From Macrostomum lignano (lineage: Eukaryota), in the NCBI GenBank assembly GCA_002269645.1, contig NIVC01004582.1, forward strand, positions 1-41,385: DNA of 41,385 bases, written 5' to 3'. Shown piece by piece: positions 24,444-37,016 of this stretch. The translations under genes were made by a program, and so were the position numbers. The stretch's first letter is position 1, and every line of letters begins with the position of its first letter. Below the pieces are notes generated by a model. The model saw nothing but the letters and a program-made list of their open reading frames with translations. It ran no database searches and was not told where the DNA came from.

Positions 24444-25899
24444 TTGTTTTTGCTTGTTGTTTTTGCAGGGCCAAAGAGACTAAAACAGCTTAAACTACGC
24501 ATCATCTTAAAAGTACTTTCTAGGTAACGATCCACAGGGCCCTCGATGGCAATATATGTAGCTTCTCCAACGTTGGAATGGTCTGAGGCTTACTTAAACA
24601 GCTTATAGCGACCTTGAAGACTGTCGTGTGACAGGGAAAAAACATGTTTACGATGCTCAAATTGTATTTGCTATTCATAAATTTTGAGTCGGCCTCCTCA
24701 TCTTCTTCAGCTTAAAACTCATTTCTGGTGGTTGTAACTATATCGCAAGGCGACACACCTGACTATTGTTAAAAAAGTTCACTCACGTGTGTCTCTTACC
24801 AAGGACGAAAGCGTTTCTCAACAGCAAGACTCCCTTGTCTGTTTTACTTTCATTGTGCAGCCATGTCTGGCATAGCTTGTAGAGGCCAGTAAAGTCCAGG
24901 AAATTTTTTTCTGGCAAATAAACAAGTAGCTACGAGTATGCCCCTGCTGTGTAAGTATCAATTTATTCAAATGTACGAAGTATTGCTATTGGCAAATTTT
25001 AGAAACAGTTTTGCCCTCGTAATTCTTTTAGCTTTATGAGGGCAAGATTTAGCAAAAAAAACTTGCACTTCACTTTCAAACAAGACTCCTATATTTGACA
25101 ATCTATAGATATATTCTTCCAGATGCAAGCAAAATCATGCATTCCCATGGATGGTGGCAGTCGGTGTGGTATGAGTTCAAACTTGCCTGCTGCTAAATTC
25201 TCAACTCTTTACGAGTACTATGCTATGATAATGAAATGAAAATGCTTTTGTATGCCATTGCAGACTACATCAAGACTGGCATCCAGACTTGGGGGGGGGG
25301 AGGGGTGAGGTGCTCATTGCATCTTGCAATGAGGCAAAGGATGAGAGGTAAAACGACAGACAAGAAACAGCTTGGTCTAGGAGCTTGTAAAATGAAACTG
25401 ACGCGGGGACAATTTTTGCGGCAGGAGCAGAAAAATACCTTAAACAAAGAAACAATAGATATTCAGCAGAGAGCTGAGGTGAAAAAAAATAGGAGAGACT
25501 TGACTACTGTAGTAGAGCTGCTGTCTGGGCAAAGAAGGTCGAGGATTAACAACTAGGTAAGTGGCGCACTACTTTTAAAAGAAAGTTAGGCATATCGTAA
25601 TGTGGAAAGCAATATGTCAATCTTTAGAAATCATTTCAGAATTTCGAATGACTTCATGTATTGAGCTCGTGGATTCGCGTATTTACCAACCCAATTTTTT
25701 GGATCGACCATAAATAAAAAACACATGAATCTGAATTTTCTCTATCTTGCATTATCAGCAATATAGGAACCGAATTCCGCAAAAGTACCAACTGTCAAAT
25801 TCAGCTTTAACTGCCAGTTGCCTCGGCGTAAGAGCACATCATGATTTATTTTTTATCAAAAATATCGAATAATATTATAATTCTCGTATGTTTGTTTCT

Positions 25900-26731
25900 T
25901 CACACTCGAACGTAGAACTCTCCGGTCGTGTTGTACAGATCCGGATAAGGAATCAGCGGATACCTCAACAGGTGACAGGCCCGTCGACGCTCATCAAACA
26001 GCACAGCCTCGCACTGGCCAGCTTTGCACCTGGCGGTGCAATCCAGGCTGCTCATCACGTGGTCAGTCCAGTAGAGCGGGTCGGTGTAGGATGTGGGTGC
26101 CCTAATGGCGATGTAGTTCCTTGGAGCCTTTTTAAAACCGATGCACTTAGGACTTTCTGAAAATGATTTTTTTTTCAGAATAATCAAGTTAACAATACTT
26201 CATAAGATTTTAATAAGGCTCTTAGAATCGTATCATTGGCTGAGTAGAAATGAACCCACCTGGATATGTCAGGGCGTAAACTGAGTTCCTTCCAAAGCCG
26301 CCACATATTTGTGAGTGATTTCCTTTGCATGTCGTGTTGCACCGGCTTTCGCTAGCAGCCATTCCGTACCGGCCGTAGGAATTCGAACAGAAACAGTGGC
26401 AATAGTATTGCAAGCCAAAATACTTGAAGACTCCAAGTGAGCAGATTGCGCTGCACTTCTCGATGGTCATGCTTGAACAGTTGTAGGCCGTGCCATAGTA
26501 TGCGCTCATGGAATGTCCTCCGCTACCGAAGTACGAAACACGGAACAGGCCGTCGAGGTCTCTGGCTCCATAGGTTCCCGAATCAAGGTAGCATCCTAAA
26601 TAGCTGAAATTGGCCGGGCGTCCCTCGGCAGCAGGCGGTGACGTCATCAGGACAGCAACGGCGGCAAGTGACAGAATAGAAGCGAAACACGCTGTACAGG
26701 AGTCTCTGATCAGCTTTTTAGTCGTCGGCAT
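25900..26731 (-). CDS. Secreted WSC-domain + PAN/apple-like protein, copy B (intact)
   Basis: ATG at 26731, hydrophobic signal peptide, WSC pattern YLGCYLD..MTIEKCSAIC..YFGLQY..CFCS..CNTTCKG..ICGG..NSVY; phase-1 intron 26259-26157; exon 2 26156-25900 is highly similar to copy A. Confidence 0.9.
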
Positions 26732-27785
26732 AGCGATGCACGTTTTCAAACGTCAGCTTGGCAATGAGTTTGGACTTTACCTCAAGAAATTGGATTTTTT
26801 TGTCGCTTTTTTATGCTGCTGTACTCGGTGCAGTAGCTCTCTCCAGGAATCATTTTCCTGATTGGCTCAGATCCAAGGACTTCCAGACAATTCCTTTAAC
26901 TGCTAGTGGTCGTCGCTTATACGTTAGAGCCTGCAGCTATAGGTGTCAAAGTCTGGCAAAGTCTTTGCCAAAAGCACAGCAAAGCCATGCATCTTTCTTT
27001 CAAAAAGAGACAAACTTGCGCTCTCTCTGATGTTTTCCGCATCGCATTTTCAGTGCGACTTTGAGAAACCAAAAAGTATGTATGAAAAAAATTGGCTCAT
27101 TAGCTAATATTAGATATACTCAGTAGTATGTCTCTCAAGTAGCATAATTGACACAAAATCAAGCAACTTTTTTGTTTTTATTAAGCTTTGAAATTTGCTT
27201 TTGCAGCTTTTTATTAGATGACGGCATAAGTAGCCATGAGAAAAAATTGAATTTGATAGCAATGATGAGGACGCACTTTTTTCCAAATCCCGCGCTAGCA
27301 CACGGGCTCTAAATTTACTAGCCTACTAACAGTGGGCGATGGGCATTTTTATCCTTTTTCTGTAAATTGTCATAGAATCTATACTAGATATAATGTCTGG
27401 CCATACTAGTAGTCATAATAACATAGGCATTGCTTTTTGGGTCATAAATCATCGCTTTCGAAGCTGGTCTGACAGCCACCTGCGCCTCACTCAGTGTTGA
27501 GACGGGCGCCAGATGGTCTGAGAGGATGCGGGCGGTAGCTTTTTTCTCATCGTTTTGACAGGCCATCAAGATTTATGAGGTCAGAGCCTATTGTTCGGAT
27601 TCACTCAAGCGTGTGACAGCTTTGACAGCTATGCGTTTTACCCCTAAAAGTACTTTGGGATTAGCGATTAGCAATTCCTCTTCATTATCTTCACTTTCTA
27701 TTTAATAAGAGCTTTCTAATGTATATTTTTTCATTAATTTCTGTCAATCCTACGCGAAAAGTCATAAATCATTTTGTTGCGATTT

Positions 27786-29265
27786 TGAGTGATTTATGGC
27801 CGCACCTGTCATCTTTTTACGACCCTGTGGGAACTGATAGGATCTCTCGGTCACGTGATTCTGGGTAGCAACAAGCTTAGCCAATCAGAAAATTCGACGC
27901 TCATTTTAACAAAACGGCTCAGCCAATCAGAATCGACGTGTTCTGTTATAACAAACGGCGGTCCAGTTGGCGGCTATTTAAACCGGTGTTTTTGGCCCGC
28001 TCGGACCTCAACCTCCTGGGAACTTGGCCTAGCTAGAGACCTCCCGGAGCCTGACCGTCGTCTCTTGATCCCCGGATTGCGACTCCCCCCCGTCATCATC
28101 AAGGACGAGTCCCCCGGTCATCAGCAGCGAACATCAAGTGAAGAGCATCACCTGCTAGCTGACAGTGAAGATCTTGACAGCATCATCCCGAGTCTACAGC
28201 TGCAGAGCATCAAGCCGATTCGGTCACTGTGGATTACCTGGTCTCCGGCTGTTGAGTTTCTGATTGGTTGGGTGAGAGGCTACCTAGACTTGCTTGATTG
28301 GGTGATTCCCTATCTGTCCCCTGTTTCAGTAGCTGAATTAGGCGCACACTTTTGCTCATTTTGTTCAGTGGTGCTGTTACTGAGGCAAAATCATTCAATA
28401 ATACTGCCAGTAGTCTGAAACTCCAATTCGATCCGAAGTGTGAAGTGATCTAAGGAGAAGGTTAAATCTGACAGTTATTTTTATCGGTTTTAGTTCTTTG
28501 TTCGCCGATGGCTCAGATGAGTAGCTAAGCTAGTAGGCGCCGGTCACAGTGGACCAATGGCAAGGCGGTTCTCAGTCGATCAATCAATCAAATCAGTGAG
28601 CAAAACTGCCAGAAGTGCAGAATCGGCGCCAGAGATGTACTTTGTGCACTCTAGGTTAGCCAAGCGGCTCGGGTAATGAATCATGCGAGGTCTCTGAAGT
28701 TCGAGTTAGCCTATCATCAGCGCTATGAGAGGCTAGTTGGCGCGTTGAAGGCTAAAAGTACATATCTTCGTATTTAGCAATGTAATAGTACATGTAGCTA
28801 CCCCATAGACTCGCCACCGCAAGAATCCCCTGCACAAGTCCCCTCTGTACCTGCATGGCCAACGCGATCTAGTCCCAGCAGTGTCCCTTATCATCGGCTA
28901 TGACTTCGAGATTGACAGCAAAAAGACACTAGTTGGCAGGTAAGTGCAAAGCCCCTTCTAGTCGGAAGCCCGATTTCGAGAGTCCCGGTGTGGTGAGCCA
29001 GGGCGCACGGGCTGGTGGCAGCAAGTTAGTTGATCTGCGGATTAGCTAATTTCTACTTTCAAAATTCTCCCTGCTCGTCTCTCGCTGTCCCTCTCTTAGC
29101 TATAGGACCTAGACTGCTCGCCACACGATCAAGCTACCATGGGGCTGACCATCTGACAGGAGTGGGGGGCCAGGTCTCTAATTGATTTATTTCTGAGCCT
29201 GAGGCCCGAAGGCTTCCCTAACAAGGAGCCCGAAGGTCGAAACCCATCAGCAATATAAAACTTCA
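27786..29265 (+). mobile_element. GC-rich retroelement-like island (possible solo LTR or other retroelement terminus)
   Basis: GC-richer than its flanks; two AGCCAATCAGAA boxes (about 27879 and 27920) then CTATTTAAA (about 27974); possible TG..CA ends with ATTT flanks; hairpin/GAAAC motif at the 3' end. No recognisable protein. Confidence 0.4.
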
Positions 29266-30340
29266 ATTTTTCGTAAACTTACTTTTCATTTAATTCAGCA
29301 TCTGGATAAAAAATAGTGTGCATAATAAATATTTCATGCAAGCTATGTTTAAACTGCTAACTGAATTTGTACTGTGGCTAAACTATAAAAACGAGCGTAG
29401 CTAATATACATGTAAGCATATGAATTAGCTATAAATCAAGGTCGCACGATCAACGGCGATAAAAAAGGAAAATAAAGCATTTTTTTGCGGTTTTTTTACA
29501 GAAAGTTCGTAGATACTCCTAGAAACAAACGTATAGCTAGCCAAAACTGCTCCAGTGCCACAACTTATTTGTTTACTAAATTAATTATCAGATTACTTTC
29601 AATATTAAGTGTGAACTTATAAATTTGTTATGTTTCATATAGTAGAAACAGTAAATTATTCCTAGCAACGTTAATTCTGCTTTATAACCATAATCTGATA
29701 GAAGCTGTGGAACTGGAGTCCGAAAAGTACAATAGATTAACGAGAATCGTTAACTAAATATCAAGAAAAAGCATCAAAACAAAAAAGTTGAAACTGAAAA
29801 ACAATCAGTATGAAATAATAAGTTTGTGACACTAAATCTAAAAAAATCAATAAAATCCATGTTAACTAAAGAAAGTGCCGTCAAAAAAAACAAAATTTCA
29901 GTTATTAATTTTGTTATCGTCATTGAGCTTGAATATATAAGCACCAGCACCAGAGGGTAAAACAAAATTTTAAAAAATCGCACAGCAGGTTATAGAAAAA
30001 AATCGATGTATACTCAGCAACATCGAAAAGTCGCCATCACACAAGATTTCGTCTGTGGTCGCCCCTGTTGAGAGCGCAGGTGAAGTCTCTCAATCTTTGC
30101 GAGTGACGCAACTTACGCGCGTAGCTACCCACGCGGCAGACTTGAGTTGAGGAATGAAGTGGTGGAGCGGTGTGCGACGGTTGGACGGATGAAAGCTACC
30201 ATGATCAAGAGAAATTGCTCACTGGCGCATAGAGTGGCGACTTTTCAATGTTGCTGAGTGCATCTAATTGTTATAAAAATTCAAAGTTTCTTGTGTATAA
30301 AATAAATTATTTTGTGACATTTCTCGATCAATGTTTTTAT

Positions 30341-33300
30341 TTAGCTATCGCGGTCTCTTTGTTGCATAATCACTTCGTGAGCCAGCTGCACGGCGATGAA
30401 GATATCTTTATCGCCTCCTTTGTCTGGGTGATTTTTCAACTGGGCGGCTCTGTAGGCTTCCTGCAGTTCTTCATCAGAGCAGTACTTGTTCACATTTAAT
30501 AGCTGGTAAGCAGCTTCAGTAACAATTTCTTCCAACTGAGCCAACTGCTTCATTTTCAGTGCCTCTGATTCTGCTTGGTCTTCTTCGAAAAACATGCTCC
30601 AAAATTTGTCGCCCAAGTAGTGGTCAGCAAGGACGGAAAAAATAACGATGCCAGCTTCTACGAGTAGCACACATGGGCCACCGATCACCATCAAAGCTAG
30701 AATCGTTCCTGCAACAATTTCAAAAAAACATTATTGCCAAATTTTAAATAGAATTTTAATCTAACACAAATTCCCAAAGGAAGCTCAAGAGTACATGTAG
30801 CGTCAAACTATAAGAGATATGCTCGATAGTATACTCATGCCCCCAATAAGTTGACCCCGGGCTTGTACGATTTGCACCCTAAAATACTCCTTCACACTCA
30901 GATTAAATGAGACTGAGTCTACATGTCCACATGCCTGACGACTATAGAAAGCCAGACCTGCATGTATGAGTACGTGTCTGCGTACATAATTGTGTGCTCA
31001 GGGTGCAGCCTGCGGAATGAACATAACTACTTATCGCATCACTGACTGTGGCTCGACTGCAGTCTCGCTAACTAGCCAAACGAGACTAGCCAAACACATC
31101 AGTTTTTAAAGCCAGACAGTCTCACCTCCAGTAGTGGCTGCCACAGTGCCGCCGAGTCTGGCCAGTTGCTTGTTCCTCTCCGCTTTGCTCAGTAGACTGC
31201 GACGGTAAGCCATTAGAATTTGATACGCAGAGTAGGTGGTTGTTCCGACAAGCATTGCTGGGCCCAAAAATCTTCCGAACCCGGTTAAGGCCTTGCCAAT
31301 CGTGGTGTAGCCAACGCTTTTGCAGATTTGTCCCAAAACATTAGGGGATGTGACAACAGCTCTGATGACGCCGCCTCTGACAGCGCCGAACCCCGCGCTT
31401 CTGGCTATCCTGATGGCGCACTCGGAGCTGCTGATCTCCCCCGCGAGGTACCGGCGGACTTCCTCGTCGCAGGAGATCACGCCGGACAAAACTGCATCTA
31501 CGAAAGCGCCAATAGCAGCTTCTAGACCAATCTTTTTGATAGCGAAGTCCAGACTCTTGGTTCGGACTGAAGGATTCCTTAATCTGGCTTCTAGCCAGCT
31601 CTTGGCTTTGTTTTCAAGATTGGCAACCTCCTTTTCCAATTGATTTCGCCTGGCTTTTTGCTTTTCAAATTCATTGTTTTTTGCTTGAAGATGCCGCGAC
31701 AGACCCTTTTCAAAAGCCTCCCGTCTCTGCTGCTTGGTAAAGTTACTCTTTAGCTTTTCGATATCACTTTGCAATTTGGAAATGTCTTTGTTGCACTGGG
31801 ATAGTTTTTCCCTATCACTGTCTCTTAGGCTATTCATTGTTGACTCCAGTTCCTTGTCCTGAACAGACTTCTGATGTTCTGCTGAATATTCGTCTTGAGT
31901 CCTTAGTTTTTCGCGTTTATTCTTCAACTTTTCAAGACGCTCTTCAGCATTTCTTAGCTCCGTCGGCTTATCAATTAGTTCATATATTTTGTCGTCCAGC
32001 ATCTTTTGGTATTCGGCAATGTTGCCTTCATCCGGAACAAAAACTTGCCGCGCGCTGCCATCATGTTTGACGATGGCTTCGTGCTCTTGCAGGGACTTGA
32101 TTCGAGCCTCGAGTTCAGCAACTTCTTGAATACCTTTTCTGAGCCCGTCGACTTCTTTCTGCAGAGCGTCAATCTTTTTTATTTCGGCTAACTTCGGTTT
32201 TATCTCAGCAAACACTGAGCTCATGGTCTTGTCCTGAAGGAAATCCCGAAATGTTTCCCTGTTCTGATCGAGGAACGCCCGAATGTTATCAACAGTGTCG
32301 GTCTCGATTTCAAAGCCAATCCGGATTCTTGATTCTGCAGCACCTTCAGTGGCATCTGCGATGCCTTTGGGGCCAATCACGGTCACATTGTCCAGCTGCA
32401 GAGCTTCTGGGTAACCTTTAGCTTGTCCAAACTCGCGCTTTGATAGATTGCGGTTCCACTTGGCCCGCCAGTTGTTGATCGTGTCCACAAGGTTTTCAGG
32501 TGTGTCCGTGTACTTGAACTGCACGGCAAAGTACTCGCCAGTGTGGGTGTTTTGAAAGACTGCGTCCGTGTACTCGGGCGTCTTCAATTCGACATGATTC
32601 TTTATGGTGATCTTCCCGTTCCCATCGCCGGCGTGCAGCACTATGGGAGCGCCGCGCCTCTGCACCTCCGCCATCACCTTCGCTATTTGAAGCTCCTCGA
32701 AAGTGATGCCTAGAAGTTCATTCGGATAATAGTTTGGCTTGAGACTTTCTAGACAATTTGGCTTCTTCTTTAGCATTTCCGTTGCTGCCTTGACACCGCC
32801 ATTGCGAAGTTCTTTCACAAACTGCGCCCACGGTTCGTCTGTCTCAAGTGAGCGGGTTGCATTTCGAGCTGCGTTGGATTGATATCCGATGTTTTTAGCG
32901 GCCAATTGAGCACCCTCTTTTTCGGACTTTGCCTGCGTGAAGTTTTTGTATGCTTTTTTAAAGTCCTCCACCTCCTGTAAGCTTATGTCTTTCAACGCTT
33001 GGTCTCTCGATTTAACCCTGCCCGGATCGCACTGAATCCGCAGCTTAATTTTATGAGTAAATGTCGCATCGGCTCTCTTGTCACAGGCGCCGCTAAACAC
33101 AAGATTTACAATTTTCGTCCAAGTTTTCAGCTTGACTTCCTTCGCAACCGAATACTCAATTGTTCCCATTGTGGTAGCGGTGAGTTTGCCTTTAGCAATG
33201 AACACTGGCAGTTTAAGCTCCCGATCGGTGCCATTTAAACTGTATTTAGCCTTGTAGAGTTCCATGACCACCTCACAGCTGACAGACTCTGGTGAGCACA

Positions 33301-33826
33301 GATGGAGCTTCGCCGAGATCGGTTCAACAGACAAGCTGACTGTTGAGGGCAAACAGTTCAGTTCTGACGCCTTGCAATCGACAGTAACGGCGTCATTAGT
33401 TTGAATCAGTTTAGGAAGCAGTGAGTTCATCGACAGCCTGTCGGAGATCTCTTCGTCAAACTGGAGTCCAATCTCGGTGAAGTAGCCGCTTATCCAGTAG
33501 CGATCCAGCTCTGGAAAGTCGCACAGCCAGTGCCTCATTTTTCCTAGCACGTCAGAATTGTCGCCACCTTCAAGAACTTCGCAATCGGTATTTCGTAGGC
33601 CACTCGAAATCAAAGTAAATTTCTTTTTAGAGTTTTTATCTATCGCTTTCGTTAAAAGCTCACTCGCTTCTGCAGTTTGAAAGGCGAATTTATCTCTCAG
33701 TTCACCCAGTATTTGTTTATGCACCTTCTCAATGTCTCTTTCTGGCAGTCGGCAGGGGACCTCCATTGCTTTGGCCATTGCCTGCTTGTAGATGTCTAAG
33801 CCATTCTCCACCGTTGTTGAAGACAT
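30341..33826 (-). CDS. About 1020-aa protein: helical N-terminus, beta-rich domain, PD-(Q)xK nuclease-like motif, coiled coil, Gly-rich hydrophobic helices, C-terminal J-domain
   Basis: Exon 1 33826-31126 (GTGAG donor) and exon 2 30708-30341 (TGCAG acceptor) are phase-1 compatible. J-domain AYQLLNV..EELQEAYR..HPDKGGD..F..VQLAHEVI. Other domain calls are pattern inference. Confidence 0.85.
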
Positions 33827-33862
33827 TGTCTGAAAGTTTTAGGAGGGTGTAGGTGTCAGTTA

Positions 33863-34135
33863 GGGGGGGGGGGTTATGGCCGGTTGGTTAGAGCGTCGGA
33901 CTCAAGACTGAAAGGTCAGGGGGTTCGATTCTCGACCTACTTGGAATAGTTTGTGCCCTTGAGCAAAACACTTTAAAGTAAAGTATATTGCTTCAGTTCA
34001 CCCAGCTATAAAATGGGTGCCAGCATTAGCTGGGGTAATTGAGAGTGAGTGTGGCCGACCCCAGTCCTTGGACTGAACAGCCGTACGCAGCCTTCAGATG
34101 CGCCGCGCAATAGCTGCGGCTGAGCTGTCGGTTGC
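33863..34135 (+). mobile_element. tRNA-derived SINE, family A
   Basis: TGGCCGGTTGGTTAGAGCG (A box) and GGTTCGATTCT (B box); central CCCTTGAGCAAAACACTT..CCCAGCTATAAAATGGG is reminiscent of CORE-type SINE domains; second copy at 11268-11525. Confidence 0.85.
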
Positions 34136-34892
34136 ACATCTGGCCCAATTGGGGCATGTGTGATCAAATATTAATTATTAAATTTCAGTCAAATAGAATA
34201 GTAAATATATAGAAAATTACCTTAACGTACTGTTTTGAGCGATTGAGGTGATAATTTCAAGGTTTTTAGTTTTTAATTTTTAGTATATGGACTAGCTAGT
34301 AGAGAATTCAACCGTAGGATTCAGCAAGGTAAAGGTAGCAATAAATTTCAGAGGGGGGCAAGGCTGAGAAAGTAGAGTGGGTGAAAAAAAATTGTCGCGT
34401 TATAGCTACACCGAAAAAATAAGAGTGTTCACTATTTAATTTATAATTGTACAAGCTATTCGTGAATAGCCGCTTTGAAGTAATGAGCATTTCTTTAACT
34501 GTTACTGCTGCCAAAAGAACAATACAGGAATGTACATGTACATTGTACGTGCATTTCTCGCTAAACTGAAGTTCTCTTTTAGTGTGTACACGGTGCTTAC
34601 AAAAGCAGCCAACCGATTCGTGCCGTTCAACAAAACCAAAGTGCGAGCGTACTATAATTCCCTTTCTAAATACTGGAAAAGCGCTAGGGCTGAAATTATA
34701 TTTTTTTCAGTTAAATTTTCTAAGAATAGCACTGCTGCTGCGCCTTTGTTGACTCCAAAGACTACTGCGTTTTTAGGAAGCAGGTTTTACCAAAAAAAAT
34801 ACGAGCGTTCGCATTGCGAGTCTACGAAGGATGTCTCAAAAGTCGGTGGCACATTCTTCACACAGCCTTTTCTAACCGCGATCAGAAATATT

Positions 34893-35690
34893 TAGTGTGT
34901 ACTCGTAGCAGTTGAAGAGATTACCTGCCCGTTAAAATGACTTTCTATTTATTTCTGTATCTGCTGGCATTCTTGAGATGTGGGCATTTTTCTGCCCCAC
35001 CCCCTGTGCTACTGCTACAAATTGCCATAAACCAAAGCTTTGTACCTGATGCACGGAACAACAAAACATCCGTCCGCAACTCTAAAGCTGAAGAAAGAAC
35101 AGTCAAAGTTAATCATCAACGTTTGTCCAAAGGCTAATTATCCACATAGTCACTACTGTGCTGCACAACAACAAAATACGCTGTCAGGATGGCAAAAGTC
35201 AGCGTCACAGGGCGCGCTTCATGGCTTGGGCGCGAACAAAGGCCGCGCCACCGGCAGTGTCCGGGGCGCCGGCGTCAGCCAGCAGACAGTCGACATAACG
35301 CCGAGTTCGCGCTTGACCTCGCCGGTAGGGTGCCTGCAGCGTGAGCAGCAGCACCTCCTGCACCGGCTGTGGGCAGTACGACTCGGCGCGGATGAGATGG
35401 CCTGCGAGCTGGAGTCGCCGACGGCGCAGTAGATCGCTTGGACGTGGCAGGCCAGCGCGGCGATAGAGTGCCGCGTTGGTGACTCGCTCGACGCCGATGT
35501 TGAAGGCGGCGCGCAGCAGGCCAGCGTGCGCCGCATCGACTTGCTGTTCGAGTGAGTCCGTCAGCGTCCAGGTCTCGGCGTTGTACAGCACACATTTCAG
35601 CATCGTATCTCAAGAATGCCAGCAGATATAGAAATAAATAGAAAGTCATTTTAACAGGCAGATAATTCTCTTTTCAACTGCTTCACACTA
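34893..35690. repeat. About 75-85-bp inverted duplication (34893-34979 and 35607-35690) flanking the LINE fragment
   Basis: AGCAGTTGAA..GTTAAAATGACTTTCTATTTATTTCT.TATCTGCTGGCATTCTTGAGAT is present in opposite orientations with a few mismatches or indels. Confidence 0.88.
35198..35603 (-). mobile_element. 5'-truncated RTE/RTEX-clade LINE 3' end
   Basis: VLYNAETWTLT..L...H..LLR....VTNAALY....S..LRRRRLQLAGHLIR..V..VLL..RRG.ARTRRYVDCL is the typical post-RT C-terminal domain of RTE-like LINEs. Confidence 0.85.
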
Positions 35691-36590
35691 ACATTAACTA
35701 ACTAAAACCTGTAACTCAGTAACTAACCTGTCGAATGTAGATCGACCTTTCTCCTGACATAGCAAATAATGGCTTATAATAATAAATGTACATAGTTAGA
35801 GTTAGAGCTCATCTTTATATAGTCTAGTAGATTGTCAGAATTATAACTCTCTTTGGCTGAATTCTCTCGATTCGGTAATTAAGGGGTCGGCAAACTCACA
35901 AAAGCTCGTAGATGATGAATTCAGCTCATGGCTGAAGGCCAGATGAGAGGAAAGGCATGAGAATACATGTAGATGAGTGATAAGAGAGGAGCTGAAGCAA
36001 GAGATGGGATGAGAGAAGAGAAAAGGAAGAGAAGGGCTGAGAGGAGAGAAGAGTGAGGAGATACTGAGGTAAGTAGAAGAGACACAATTGACAAACATTG
36101 AGCCGAGCTATTGCTATTGTGAAGTTTCCAAGGACCCAAGGGCCAGAGTTTCTAGCCTAAATCATGTACATCCCGCAAGTGCAATGTTGCTTTTGAACTT
36201 CTCTTTTTCAAGTGTACAATGAACAATGACCAATAACTATGTACAACGCCGGCACTTTTGTTATGCCTTGTGCGAAACCCTTGCAACATTTCTGGTCCAA
36301 AAAAGTTACAAAAAGAGAACGAAATGTTTTTAGTAGCAACAAAAGATGCCAAATAGGCAACGATTTGTTTTGTTTATTTATTTGTATTGGCGAATAAAGA
36401 TTAATAATATACAGGGACTGTTGTATGTAAATACTAACGAATAAGTAATTTAATTTAATCACGCCATGATTATTATACACAGAACGAAATCACTGTCAGG
36501 TCATTTAGAAAGTTTTTATCGCCTATTTTTTTGGCTTTGACTGCTCATAATTTTGGCCGTGTTTCACTTTATTCGTTGCAGCTGGGGGCG

Positions 36591-36845
36591 ACTAATTTTT
36601 TGAGTAAATACTACTGTAATAGGGCAGATATGCTTTTACACTACTGTCAGTAGTTGTAGCCAGAGAAAATATTCATGATGGGGCTAGATCGTGAATTTGG
36701 GACTTCGACTAATTTTTTGAGTAAATACTACTGTAATAGGGCAGATATGCTTTTACACTACTGTCAGTAGTTGTAGCCAGAGAAAATATTCATGATGGGG
36801 CTAGATCGTGAATTTGGGACTACGACTCATTTTTTGAGTAAATAC
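36591..36845. repeat. 117-bp tandem duplication (about 2.2 copies)
   Basis: ACT(A/C)ATTTTTTGAGTAAATAC starts at 36591, 36708 and 36825. Confidence 0.95.
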
Positions 36846-37016
36846 CACATAAACGCAATAACTTCTCCGATGAACTAACTGATAAATTGCCGTATTGATT
36901 AAGAACAAGCCAATAAAAATTTGCAAAAAATAAAAGCCCTTAGACGTTCAAGAAACTTGCACAAAAATGGAAATTAAAAATGCAGCAATGAGTAAATTAA
37001 ATTTTAGAATTCCAAC

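Noticed and set aside
27789-28418. 209-aa ORF
   Set aside because: GTG start, overlaps CCAAT/TATA promoter motifs, no recognisable domain.
33876-33945. tRNA gene (also 11450-11520 and 5965-6040)
   Set aside because: A/B boxes are present but there is no complete cloverleaf, and the sequence continues into a shared SINE body.
35040-35649. Overlapping ORFs in other frames and strands
   Set aside because: GC-rich shadows of the RTE LINE fragment.
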